Source: Eledone cirrhosa (Eukaryota). Taken from it: a stretch of DNA of 64,000 nt. The DNA lies in NCBI GenBank assembly GCA_964016885.1, contig OZ024751.1, positions 18,104,001 to 18,168,000 on the forward strand, in the 5' to 3' direction. The position numbers were made by a program, and so were the translations under genes. Position 1 is the stretch's first letter. Each line of letters starts with the position of its first letter. Positions 13,076 through 28,400 of this stretch are shown piece after piece. The notes under the pieces were generated by a model. That model ran no database searches and had not been told where the DNA came from. It saw only the letters and a list, made by a program, of their open reading frames with translations.

Positions 13076-13304
13076 GACTGTGTGCACTTATGAATTGGTC
13101 TTTAAAAATATAATTTCCCAATACATACTTATAGTTGAAGTGTGTAACATCGATTTATGTCAAGTAAAACAAATTCACTCTTATAAGTATTATGTTTGAC
13201 CAGAAAGTATACATACGTATACACAGACACACATACATACATACATACATATATATATATATATATGTATATATGCATATATGTATATATATATATATAT
13301 ATAT

Positions 13305-13462
13305 AGTATTAAGGATACTGTTTATGGTTATGTAAATACTAAAACTTTATATAGTTATAAATATTTTAAACCCTAAACAGTGAAAGACAGTAATTTATTA
13401 TTACCTTATTACCAGTAAGATAAATAGCTCAATGTAATAACATCAGTTGTTCTACAGAGCAG

Positions 13463-13508
<46 letters not shown>

Positions 13509-13665
13509 TTAAGGATACTATTTATGGTTATGTATATACTAAAACTTTATATAGTTATAAATATTTTAAACCCTAAACAGTGAAAGACAGTAATGTATTA
13601 CTACCTTATTACCAGTAAGATAAATAGCTCAATGTAATAACATCAGTTGTTCTACAGAGCAGTTA
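13305..13665. repeat. Tandem duplication of a ~160 bp segment separated by (TA)n
   Basis: tagtattaaggatact...ctacagagcagtta at 13305-13464 and 13504-13664. Confidence 0.9.
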
Positions 13666-13707
13666 TATAGAATTCACAGGAATCAAAGCTATGTTCAAAC
13701 CATTTAT

Positions 13708-13756
13708 TAGCTTACAATTGTTTCATCCAAACCGAGGCTTGGAGTCTTCGGACCAT
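13708..13756 (-). ncRNA. Degenerate hammerhead-like motif
   Basis: Reverse complement CCGAAGA-cTCCAA...TTGGAt-GAAA-CAATTG-TA; perfect palindromic stem III ACAATTGT, but U4C change and weak stem I. Confidence 0.45.
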
Positions 13757-14104
13757 TTTTCAATGTTTGTATACATACATGACCTCCTTTCCAACGCAAG
13801 AGACATACAGATACATATGTATATATAGATGTACAGTGGGGTGACATATATTATATTATTTCTGAATGGCAATTTAAATTAAAAAATTAAAATCATATTA
13901 AAACAGAATCAAAGCAAAATTAAAATTAAAATACAACATCGGCAGTTAACGTAGATAATGCAAGAGGATAGTTTTCTTAGTCAGTTGTAGTAGTTATTGC
14001 ATGCATTAGTTACACGTGGGGCATGCACGTGTGTCTTATTTATATATAATTATTGTGCGGCAGGGTGTTATATGTAATACAAGCACTTTAAGCGGGTAAT
14101 CAAG

Positions 14105-14224
14105 GATATTCTTGAAGTCGCTGGCTGGACTAAAAAGTCACACTCGTTCAGCACATCAGTAGGGGTTCTCCTACATGGATATAAAGTAGTGTCCATACTC
14201 GAAAACGAGTTGGCAGCCACCATG
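14105..14224 (+). mobile_element. 3' end of an RTE-type LINE (5'-truncated)
   Basis: Encodes LKSLAGLKSHTRSAHQ* (compare FRSLAGLKSHIRSQHC* of the 25475 ORF), then a short 3' UTR ending ccatactcgaaaacgagttggcagccaccatg. Confidence 0.8.
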
Positions 14225-14295
14225 TATATATATATATGTATGTATATATATATATCTATGTATGTATGTATATGTATTTATGTATGTATGTATGT

Positions 14296-14335
<40 letters not shown>

Positions 14336-14369
14336 ATGTATGTATATATATATATCTATATATGTATTT

Positions 14370-14409
<40 letters not shown>

Positions 14410-14498
14410 ATGTATATATATGTGTGTGTGTGTGTCGCCAATCTAAGGCATTTTCACTCCTGAGGAAGGAACCACATCCAATTGTGGATAGTTGAGAT

Positions 14499-14565
<67 letters not shown>

Positions 14566-15743
14566 GACACACGCAGACACACACAGACGCACGTGGATAT
14601 ATGAGACATAGACACAGACAGATGTATGTTGTTACTGGTTCTTTTTATGGGTATGTAGGCTAAGCATTACGGCCCTGATGTGTCATACATTTCTTTAAGT
14701 GCCCTGAAGCCAGCGAACCACCCCCTACACCGACATAAAACATATACACACGGCCAAGCAGGCTACCTCAAACCACAACATCCTACAACACATCGTACAG
14801 TCGTTGTTAACAGCAATACTGAGATGTGTTGTTTTATTTCTTTGAGCAGGGTGAGACTTTAGAAATCTTTCTGCGTAAGAATGCGGGTTGGATATCCCGA
14901 CGCCAAACATACGTACAGACACATTCTCCTACAAATAATCATACGCGCACACACACGCACACACACACGCACACGCACACGCACACGCACGCACACAGAC
15001 ACACACACACACACACACACACATAAACGAATACATACACGCTTAGATGTATACCTACATGCATATAAAGACAAATGCAAACACATATACATAGATACAC
15101 ACATACATTCATAAAACATGCACGCATACATATATACATGCATGCCAACACACACACACGCACACACACATATATATAAAATATATACACACACATACAC
15201 ACGTGTGTGTGTGTGTGTGTGTGTTTTACATATATCTGTTTGTTTGCATGTATGTATATATATATGTATGTGTGAGAGGACATATATACATATATACATA
15301 TATGCCTGCATACAGATACATACATACATACATACATACATACATACATACATACATACATACATACATACATACATACATACATACATACATAGAGATA
15401 TGTGTATATGTGTAGAATTTTGTGTAGAGTTAAAACAAATTTATGAGTGGTGGACTTAAAACGTCGCCCCGTCTAACACCACCGCCCAGTTCTCCGACTT
15501 ATTTAGCAGATTCCACCAGGTTTCAGGTCTGGAGTTAACTCACCTCCCTATCTCTCACCATATCTGGAGCCCTCATCACTGAAAAACTGCCAAAGTGCGA
15601 GCCCATCCACACCAGACTAGGCAAAACAATAAACAAACAACAAAGAAGCACACACGTGTACCACGCCTACTCCATTCCAAACTGTACAGTTAGTGTGTTC
15701 ATCTATCGTCTTCTTACATCATCACGACCATCGTCCACATCAC

Positions 15744-15787
<44 letters not shown>

Positions 15788-15862
15788 ACATCAACAACAT
15801 CTGACAACGAAACGAAATTCCATTTTGGAAACAAGTGATGCATACGTATGGATATGTACATC

Positions 15863-15896
<34 letters not shown>

Positions 15897-15904
15897 CGTG
15901 TTTG

Positions 15905-15938
<34 letters not shown>

Positions 15939-16313
15939 CATGTATGTATATATATATATGTATGTGTGTGTGTATGTATATATGTATGTGTGTGTGTGTG
16001 TATATATATATATGTGTGTATATGTATGTATGTGTGTGTATGTATGTATATGTGTGTGTATATATATATATATGTGTGTATGTATATATATATGTGTATG
16101 TGTGTGTATGTATATATATATGTGTGTGTGTGTATGTATATATATCTGTGTGTGTATGTATGTATATATATATATGTGTGTGTGTATGTATGTATATATG
16201 TGTGTGTATGTATATATATATACGTGTGTGTGTGTGTCTATATGTGTGTACTTATATGTGTGTGTATATATGTGTATATATATATCTACACATATATATA
16301 CACAAACACACAC

Positions 16314-16356
<43 letters not shown>

Positions 16357-16676
16357 TGTTCACATGTCTATATGGGAGATTAAAGAGAAACGAAATAAAG
16401 GAGAGGGAGTAGCGTATTGTGGGAGGAGATGGGGAGGGGATGAAAGTCACAAGGTAAGTCGTTTGTACACCAGCTGGGATTGGCGTAACACACGCGTGAC
16501 CACTTACTACTACTACTACTACTACTACTGTAACCACAACGCATAAGTGCTGACCCACCCGCTTAAAACAGTCGCAACCATAACAAATATACACTGTTTC
16601 TTTTTTATATAAATATACTTCATATATTTTTTATCATTTTATGTGCATCGAATATTTCTATATAATATATAAATAA

Positions 16677-16716
<40 letters not shown>

Positions 16717-16872
16717 TTCGCCGTTGCATACCAGCATTGGTGTCGGTGAAAAGATGAAAGATCGGTGAGATCAAAGGGCACCAAATGTGCACTGTATATT
16801 TAATCAGACAGGGTCTTTCTGTAACTGATGGTTCTTCACACACGCACACACACACACACACGCGCACACACA

Positions 16873-16915
<43 letters not shown>

Positions 16916-17319
16916 ATTACATACATATATGCATTATATATACACATATAAAAACGCGTGTGTATATGTACATATATGTGTGTGTATATGTATGTATATT
17001 CTACATATACATTTATATATATATTTATCAGTCCAGGCCTTCCAAAACACTCTCCCTATATGATGCATATAAGTGCTTGTGTGTATGTATGTATCTATAT
17101 ATATATATATGTATGTATGAATGTATATATTTCTGTATGTGTCTGCGAAGCCTTGCTAATACGTCTGTTGCTCAGATTTATGTACCTGGGTTGTTTTCCT
17201 TGTTTGAGCTTTTCTTAGCAGTCACCTGACCTTTTTTCACACGAATCAGAATGTATCCTGTTGTCTGAAACAATAAATCTGCTACCAACACAGTTGGCAA
17301 TATATATCCCATATAACTA

Positions 17320-17508
17320 TAACTGTTTCTACGTTAGGCACAAGGCCAGCAATAACCCAGTGTATTACTGGTACTTTATTTTATCGACCCCGTAAGGATG
17401 AAAGGCAAAGTCAACCTCGGCGGGATTTGAACTCAGTCCGTAAAGGGACGTAACTATGCTGGAAAGCATGGCGTCCGACCCTCTCCCGATACTGCCAATC
17501 CACCGCCC
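17320..17508 (-). mobile_element. tRNA-derived SINE copy
   Basis: Reverse complement of the full consensus; a partial copy follows at 17605-17687. Confidence 0.88.
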
Positions 17509-17735
17509 CATATAACAATAACATTCGTTAATATCATCAGTACGTAGTTCCGTTGATTAAATTAAATGGACACTCGTCGTCGAAAACGATGGAGGTCTGA
17601 CAACAATAATTGTTTCTACTTTTGGCACAAGGCCAGTAATTACCCAGTGTATTACTGGTACTTTATTTTATCGACCCCGTAAGGATGTGTGTCTGTGTGT
17701 AACTGTGTATTTATCTATCTACCTATCTAGGGCGG

Positions 17736-18025
17736 CTAAAATTCCCGATATCCATGGACCAGTTCTCTCCAGCGGCCTCTATCCTTCATAATCGCCGCCA
17801 TGTCCTTCGTCTCGAAGAGACCTGTGTCTGTTCTTAGGGTATCAACATATGTCAACCTCGGTCTCCCGCTTTTAGTGTGTCCGTGAGGGGCCTCCCACAA
17901 GAGCACCCAGTTCAGTGTCAACTCTGAATGTCGGTGAGCATGTCCAGCTAATCTCAGTCTCCGCTGTGTTACTTTCGAGCTGACTTTTGGGAGGCTCCCA
18001 TACAGCTCTGACTTCTTCATCCTCA
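17736..18025 (-). pseudogene. 3' fragment of an RTE-clade LINE ORF
   Basis: RRLRLAGHAHRH...LLWE...GRPRLTYVDTL..DTG...DRGRWR is a typical RTE C-terminal region. Confidence 0.8.
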
Positions 18026-18037
18026 GTGTATACTGTG

Positions 18038-18120
<83 letters not shown>

Positions 18121-18218
18121 TTGTGGTTACTTACATAGGCTCAGGCCATAGCAGAGTCGTGGCAAACGATGGAGGTGCAACAACGATGTGTATGTGTGTG
18201 TATACGTGTGTTATATAT

Positions 18219-18433
18219 GTGAAGGTGTGTGGTTGAGTTGTTAGAGAACTGGATTCGCAATCGTGAGGTTGTCGGTTCGATTCGTCGATCGGGCGATGGG
18301 TTATGTCCTTGAGCAAGACACTTTATTTCACGTTGCTCCTTCTACCTGAAGTTGCGACCGATAGATAGTATTAGCAATTGGAAAGGCCAATGGAAACACT
18401 GTTTCCTCGGTCCGATTTGACGAAAGTCGATCG
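18219..18433 (+). mobile_element. Second tRNA-derived SINE with V-domain-like core
   Basis: tRNA-like head (tggttgagttgtt...ggttcgattc), core tgtccttgagcaagacactttatttcac and structured tail; homolog at 40367. Confidence 0.8.
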
Positions 18434-18594
18434 ACAAATTTATATATATATATATTTAAGAGTTAAACAAGATTCAATGAATACATCAAAGAATGGGCTT
18501 TACAATAGATTTAAAGCACTCTACAGCAAAATAATTTCCAGAGTTATTAATATTAAATCAAAATATTAACAAAATCGATATTCTTGTGATCAAT

Positions 18595-18665
18595 TATATT
18601 TTATTATACATATTTCAGAGGTACTGAATTAAGTTCAACAGTACGTCCTCATCAGATGAAATTAA
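18595..18665 (-). ncRNA. Type I hammerhead ribozyme motif
   Basis: Reverse complement tttcat-CTGATGA-GGA-C-GTACTG-ttgaacttaatt-CAGTAC-C-TCT-GAAA-TATGTA-TA-ATAAAA. Confidence 0.75.
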
Positions 18666-19393
18666 ATGATACATGACATACCCTGACATGGTAGATGGTT
18701 AAGATTTAATCAAGGTAGTGATTAACTTATGATAAAACTCAATATTTATACCCTAATATTGAGAACATGAGAAAACGTAATACAAACAATAGAGAGAGTG
18801 TGAGTAATATATTTCAAGAAATACATGGCATCAATATAACAGTTATAACATTTTTAATTTGTAAAAACTACTAGAGAAAGAGGAGGGAAAGGAAAGCATA
18901 GAGGAAGAAACAGCTGATGTGATAACTTATTTAGTATTTAGCTTGAGAAGAGAGAGAGACAAAGGGGAGTAATTTATGTTCAAGTTTCTACACACACAGG
19001 TTTTTATATAGTATAGTTGGCGTCTAATTTTCAAAATATTTAATTTGTTATTTCAGGGTAAAGAATCAAATTTTAGGTTTTAAAAGTTAATAGGTATTTG
19101 TATTAATATTATAATATAATTATGTTAAATTTCTAAAGTTCAAATTTTATGAAAACAAATTTCAAGGATTTACGAAACCCGAGAAAGAAAGAAAATATAT
19201 ATATATATAATGTTTTATATCCCCACGAAGGTAATCTTTACCAAAATTACTTATAATAATGACAACAGTTTCTATAATATAATTTATAAGATAATTATAG
19301 TTATAACTATTAAAGAATTTATTGTTAAATAGTTTGAGTGCCTAAAATATCAACCGTACTTTTAATTAAACTTATAGAAGTCAGAATTTTGAA

Positions 19394-19436
<43 letters not shown>

Positions 19437-20257
19437 CTTTGTGACTACTATTATAGTCTCAGGCCATATCAGGATTCGAACTCAGAACTTAGTGAATCGA
19501 AAATAATACTGCCAAGTATTTTATCGACTTTTCTAAACCACCACCCTGATAATAGATGACATAACACAACAACAATAATAATAAAAAAGATATGAAATAA
19601 TAAAAAAATTATTTTAAATGACATGTTTCTTTTCTTTTTTAACAAATAATCTTTTCGTTTTATTTTTCTGTTTTTTTTTTTTTTCTTTTTTGTTATTTTC
19701 TGTTTTATTCTTATTTTCATAATATTACGAACTCTCACCCCTTGTCTGTAACAAAAGACGACGAGGAGAAAGGAAATAGATAGAGAAAAAGAGCGAAGGA
19801 AGGAGGTAAGCTATATTTTTGTCCTGTCCTCCCCTATCTTACTGCCAGAAAACCATTAAATTTAATTTGAAAAAAAAAAAAAATAATATTAGCAAAGTAA
19901 AAAATAACAACATCGTCTATTTTTTATTGGGTACTTCAGGTAAAAAAAAAATTTGTACTTCTGATATGGTGGTGTGGTTGTTAGGGTTGGGGTAATGCTG
20001 ATGGAGTGCGAGTGTTCGACGTTCTTGTAGTAGTAGTTCTTTATTTCTACTGAGAATGAAGAAACTTCTGACACATCTCAATGAAGCCGTCTGAAAAGCA
20101 AAATAGAATAACATAGGTTTACACTTGATCAAGATCGACCTTACCATTAAGGCCCACTAAACAGCCGCCTAGTGTGCACACATCAGAGAAGGACTTTACT
20201 GAATATTAAAGGAAGACGGTTTCATAAAAAAATTGTACAATTACGTTAAATATATAA

Positions 20258-20440
20258 ATGTTTCTACATTTGGCACAAGGCCCGTAATTATCCCAGTGCA
20301 TTACAGATACTTTATTTTATCGACCCCGTAAGGATGAAAGGCAAAGTTAACCGCGGTGGGATTTGAACTCTAATCATAAAGGGCCATAACTCTATGCTGC
20401 AAAGATTGGCGTCTGACCCTCTAACGATACTGCCAATCTA
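20258..20440 (-). mobile_element. SINE insertion with ~16-bp target site duplication
   Basis: tacgttaaatatataa flanks both sides (about 20242 and 20439); an empty paralogous site lies at about 21373. Confidence 0.85.
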
Positions 20441-20533
20441 CGTTAAATATATAATCACATCCAACGGTTAATATATAACCCACTAAGTATCTTTGCCACA
20501 TAGCAACGTTGTAGAAATATTACTATAATTACA

Positions 20534-20978
20534 AACTAACTGGACCCGTGAAAAAAATTCACGGATAATTTTTGAAATTTAAATATTGTCCAATGAATAT
20601 TTATCAGTTAGTCAAAGTTGTTTGATTTGCAGTATTTTGGTGAATAAACAATTATATTTTCCTTATTGCATTTCGTCGCTGTTGAACTCTGTTTCGCATA
20701 TTCTGTAGATAAGTTCCTCTGTCTTCTGGATTCATGTCATTTCTTCGCTCTTGAACTCTGTTGCTATTATTCTGTAGATAAGCCTCTCTCTCCTCTGGAC
20801 TCATGTTATTTCTTCTATCATGATCTATGTTTCTTCTATTTTGTAGATAAGTTTCTCTCTTCTCTGAATTCATGTTATTTCTTCTGTCATGATCTGCGCT
20901 TCTTCTAATTACTGAAAGCGTGACAAACATACGGTCGGACGTACAGTACGTAGGTACAAGCGTATTAATATATAAATA
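20534..20978 (-). mobile_element. Internally deleted Helitron-like element
   Basis: Minus-strand 3' hairpin CCGTGAA...TTCACGG followed by gttag|t. Minus-strand ORF 20652-20930 has (M.PEERE.YLQ..R) repeats like the N-termini of Helitron RepHel proteins. Confidence 0.55.
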
Positions 20979-21833
20979 ATAATACAGCAGCCGTCGTTTA
21001 CCCCGACGAGAGCTCGAAACTGCTTGCTTATGAAATTAACGTGTTACCGACGAAGCATTCTACAGAAAAATAACGGTGGTTTTTGTTAGACTCATTTTCA
21101 TAGTAAAAAAAACTGCATTGAAGCTGTCACGTCTTGCTAACATGGATTTAGTATATATATATTAATAAATTATAATGGTTTCTGTTTTAGGCACAAGGCC
21201 AAACATTTATGGAGAGGTGAGAGTCGATTAAATCGACTCCAGTGTATTACTGGTGCTTTATAATAAGATCGACGTTACCATTAAGGCCCACTAATCAGCC
21301 GCTTAGTGTGCACACATCAGAGAGGGGTTTACTGAACATTAAAGGAACACAGTTTTATACAAATTTGTACAATTACATTAAATATATAACGTCCAACGAT
21401 TAATGTATAAACCACTAAATATCTTTGCCAGGTAGCAACGTTATAGAAATACCCAAAGCAGTGGAAAAGTCGTATGTTGTTATATAATATGTAATGAGAT
21501 TTGGCGTGAGTGAATGTGGGCTGTGTAGAGTGAAATGCAGGCTCAGTACTTTTCTTGTGCGTTAAGAGCAAGAAGAATCAAAAACTGTTTGTCAGCTTGC
21601 TAAACTGTTAATTTAAATTATTTTGGAGAGTGGGTCGTATACCTGGGAGAAGACGAGGCGCGTTTTTGTTCTAATCTAGGGCTCTAAGTAGCCAAGTGCC
21701 ACCCCTGCACCCGAGAAAGAGTTTCTCGCGAATCTCATAGTCCCTCATTAGGTTTCCTACTCAAGAGAACCGATCCTTTTTTGCACGAGCTAACGGAGAA
21801 GCTACACTAAAGTACCATCCTATAACACGCGCG

Positions 21834-22190
<357 letters not shown>

Positions 22191-22277
22191 CATGAATGGA
22201 CCTGTTATTTTTATCTAAAGACATTTTTTCCAATTCTAACCCGCCCATCCCCTCAATCTATCTTATTTCTCACTCTT

Positions 22278-22313
22278 TCTTCTGATGAAGGACTAGCGTC
22301 CGAAACTTTAAGA
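22278..22313 (+). ncRNA. Minimal Penelope-type hammerhead motif
   Basis: TCTT-CTGATGA-A-GGAC-tagc-GTCC-GAAA-CT-T-T-AAGA; homologs at 43669 and 52466. Confidence 0.7.
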
Positions 22314-22432
22314 CACTTTTCCTGCTATATCAAGCTTTAACCTAATATATCCCTTCCATATACTGTACCGATTGTGTTGTTTTTCTATTTACCTTTTACA
22401 TACATACATATATATACATATATATATATATA

Positions 22433-22559
22433 TAACGAAGGAAGTGTGGTAAGGAACCAGGTGGACCATAACGCATTAGAGTACCTGATACTATTGATTT
22501 AGTTCAGATCTAGCTATCGAAACGGCCGGAGCTCGGCCGTGGTGGTCCTGACTCTTTTG

Positions 22560-22597
<38 letters not shown>

Positions 22598-22622
22598 CAA
22601 AAGAGTCAGGACCCCGACGGCT
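22433..22622 (-). mobile_element. Rearranged family A hairpin-plus-tail repeat
   Basis: gtggtaaggaaccaggtggaccataacgca (reverse complement of the tail) plus hairpin arm pieces split by (TA)n. Confidence 0.65.
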
Positions 22623-22628
22623 CTCTCA

Positions 22629-22696
<68 letters not shown>

Positions 22697-23214
22697 GAAA
22701 GGAGGATTGCGGAAAGAAATAATACATGAATGAAGAAAGAGAAAACGAGGAAATAGAGATAAGGATGATCGTGAGAGGTAGGAATGGAATCAATAAGAAA
22801 AAAATATGAAGAGATTTTATGAATGAAGGACAATGCGGAAAACATTGAATGTAAATGAATTTACGTGAAATCATCATCATACAATCTGCCCTTATGTAAT
22901 GTCCAACGTGTACTCTGGGTGTCAAGGAGTGACATTAGATGGCTGGGCCACTCCACTCATCTGAGACCTCGTTGGTCTAAGTGACGTCTTACAAAAGACT
23001 TCCTTCATAATCATGGCTGATAGACTAACATTTACCGGATAGAATTAATGAAAAGTGAAGTGGTCCTAGCGTAGAGAGAAATATGTAAAGAGAGGGTGGG
23101 GGGCGGGGGGGCGAATGACAGAGACAGAGACTGAAGGAGGGGAGAGAAGATAGAATGGTAAGGAGAGGGAGAGAACGTCGTGAGTTTGTGTCTGGATCAG
23201 ACTGATAGACAGAA

Positions 23215-25085
<1,871 letters not shown>

Positions 25086-25388
25086 GCGCGGGGACATAGA
25101 AATAATCGGGCTGGATGCCCGATCGCGCAGTTAAACCACTGGGAGTGAAGAACCCCTAGCCCATGTCAGGGTATTCTTCTAGGAGAAGGCATCTCAGGAA
25201 ACTGGGTTAACTCCGATATAAAACCTGCGGCTCAGTAGTTACCGATGATGTTGATCTTTTCTTCTTTTCGGGTTATAGCTACTGTCGCTCAGAGAGTGGG
25301 ATTGGTTCAGTGCACAGTCTTTCCTCACTTTAAAAATATTCGTCACGCACAGGCATTGCACGAGTGCATTAATAATTATTAATAGTGT

Positions 25389-25432
<44 letters not shown>

Positions 25433-25474
25433 TATTATTACTTTTTTTTTTTTTTTTTTTTTTTTTCCAATTCA

Positions 25475-28400
25475 ATGATGTTCCAGAACAATGTAAACGA
25501 GATAATTGCCAATTTGGGTTCTGGAACAAAAAGGATCATTGGCAATAAGGGCAGGGGCCCCAAGTTATCACAACCTGGGCCCGCCCGTCATCGTGCCATT
25601 GTAATAGAGCCAAACAGGGCATTTAGTCTTGGCTGCTGGAACGTACGGACGCTGCTTGACAGGGATTCTTTGGAGCGTCCTGAACGAAGGACCGCTCTTG
25701 TTGCGAAGGAGCTTCGACGTTACGATCTTGACATCGTGGCTTTGTCTGAGACGAGGTTAGCTGGAGATGGTCATCTTACGGAATTTTGTGGAGAATATAC
25801 ATTCTTCTGGAAAGGAAGAGATGAAGGAACCAGAAGAGAGGCTGGGGTAGGATTTGCTGTTAAGACTGTACTGGTGAATAAATTAGAAGAATTCCCAGTG
25901 GGGATTAGTGAGCGTCTTATGTCCATGAGAGTTCCGCTGGACAAGGGAAGATATGCTACCCTGGTGAGTGTGTATGCTCCAACTATGAATTCTGTCGATG
26001 AAGAAAAACTGTCCTTTTACCATGCCTTGAAAGGTGTTTTAAGAAATATCCCTCAGGCAGACAAAGTCATCGTGCTTGGTGACTTTAATGCTAGAGTGGG
26101 TAGGGATTTTAACACATGGAATGTAATCGGAAGGCATGGGGTGGGAAAGTGTAACAGCAATGGTATGCTCTTGCTGCAGATGTGTGAGGAGCTGGATCTG
26201 TGTGTTACCAACACCATGTTCCAACAAAAGAACAAATTCAAGACCACATGGATGCATCCTGCATCTAAGGAATGGCATCTTTTGGACTACGTCCTAGTCA
26301 GGATGCGTGACAGACAGGATGTGCAGTGTGTTCGTGTTCTTCGTGGAGCTGAGTGCTGGACGGACCACCGCCTGGTACGCGCAAAAGTGAATCTAATCAC
26401 CAAACGTAAAATCCGGGCTCCTGGTGTTGCCCTGCCCAAAAGATTGAATGCTGCTCGTCTTAAGGATAAAAATGTGAAGAGGACATTGGAAGAAGAGATG
26501 CAGGCTGCAGATCTTGGTGAGGATTGGCCGACCCTTAAAAAGTCGGTTTATGATGTAGGCAGACGTGTTCTGGGATTGGTGCAGAGAAAACATCAGGACT
26601 GGTTTAATGAGAAAGATGTGCATATAGATGACTTGTTGGCTGATAAGAGGCGCGCTCTGTCACGCTACTTGACGGCAAAACCACAGGAGAGGAATACGTT
26701 GCATGAGGAGCTCAGGGATGTAAAATCACGTGTTAGGCGGAGTCTTTCTCAGATGAAGGATCAGTGGTGGAGTGAGAAGGCTGGTGAGATACAAACTGCG
26801 TCTGATTGCAATAACACAAAGCTGTTGTACAGTCTCTTGCGTGAGGTTTATGGACCGTCTTCTTCTCTGATGACACCGATTCGCAGCAGGGATGGCAAAG
26901 AACTTCTTCGTGACTCACAGGGAATTCTACGAAGGTGGCGAGAGCACTTTGATGATCTTTTGAATCAGCCGTCTGTCGTCAGTGAAGATTTCCTCAATCT
27001 CATTCCGGAAAGTCCTGTGAAAGTAGCTCTCGCAGAACCTCCGACACTTGTGGAGGTTGCAGTGGCTATTTCGAAGCTGAACAGTGGAAGATCTCCAGGT
27101 ATGGATGGCATACATGCTGAGCTCCTACAATATGGTGGTGAGAGACTCCTGCAACATCTTCACTCTCTGTTTGGAAGGATATGGGCTAATGAATCCGTGC
27201 CTGAGGACTGGAGAGATGCAGTAATGGTGGTCTTGTACAAGGGAAAGGGTAACAGGAATGATTGTGGGAACTACAGAGGTATATCATTGCTTTCTGTCGT
27301 GGGGAAAGTTTTATGTAGGGTGCTTCTGGACCGTCTGCTGACACACATTGCAGATTGTGTCCTTCCTGAAAGTCAATCTGGTTTTCGTGTTGGACGCGGC
27401 ACTACTGATATGATCTTCTCAGCTAGACAGCTCCAGGAGAAGTGCATTGAACAGGGCTTGGATCTGTATCAGGTTTTTGTCGATCTGACAAAGGCTTTCG
27501 ATACTGTCAACAGAGATGCATTATGGAAGGTTCTCCAGAAACTTGGTTGCCCTGATAAGTTCCTTGCTTTAGTTAGGTCTTTCCATGACGACATGAAGGC
27601 TTGGGTTAATGTCGGAGGTAACATGTCGGAGCCTATCTCAGTAAAAAATGGAGTGAATCAGGGGGATATTCCAGCACCGACCCTGTTTGCCATATACTTT
27701 GCAATGGTTTTCTGTATTGCATTCAGGAATTGCGAGCATGGTGTTTACATCCGATATCGAACCTCAGGCAGCATATTTAACATCAGGCGCTTTGCTGCGA
27801 AGACAAAAGTATTTACATCAGTCATAAGAGACCTCTTGTATGCAGATGATTGCGATCTTGTAGCGCACACAGAGAGTGATATGCAGCACATTTTGAATGT
27901 ATTTTCTGACGCTTGCACTGCCCTGGGTTTGACTGTCAGTCTCAAGAAAACCGTCGTCATGTACCAACCTGCACCTGGTGGGCAGTACACTGAACCAAAC
28001 ATCTATGTGTATGGCAAACGACTTGGAGTGGTTGATCAGTTTGTCTACCTGGGAAGCACTGTCAATCGATACGGCAACCTTGACAGTGAAATCTCACTTA
28101 GGATTAGGAAAGCAAGTGATGCTTTCGGAAAGCTAGAAAGGCGACTCTGGGGTCGGCGAGACATATGCAGGAGGACAAAGGTAAAGGTGTACAGGGCATG
28201 TGTACTCTCTTGTCTTCTTTATGCCTGCGAGACCTGGGTCACATATCGACGCCACCTTAAGCAATTGGAGCGTTTCCATCAGATGTGTCTCAGACGGATA
28301 CATGGCGTTCACTGGAGGGACCACATCAGTGATGTCGAGATTTTGGAAAGCTCTATGTGTGACAGTATAGAAGCTCTTGTGCTTAAGCAGCGACTCCGTT

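Noticed and set aside
21003-21025. CCGACGA-GAGCTC-GAAAC motif
   Set aside because: Core mismatch and no loop in stem II; the homolog at about 9490 lacks it.
25086-25260. Possible HDV-like ribozyme in the RTE 5' UTR
   Set aside because: Known for some RTEs, but I could not build the nested double pseudoknot by eye; it needs a structure search.
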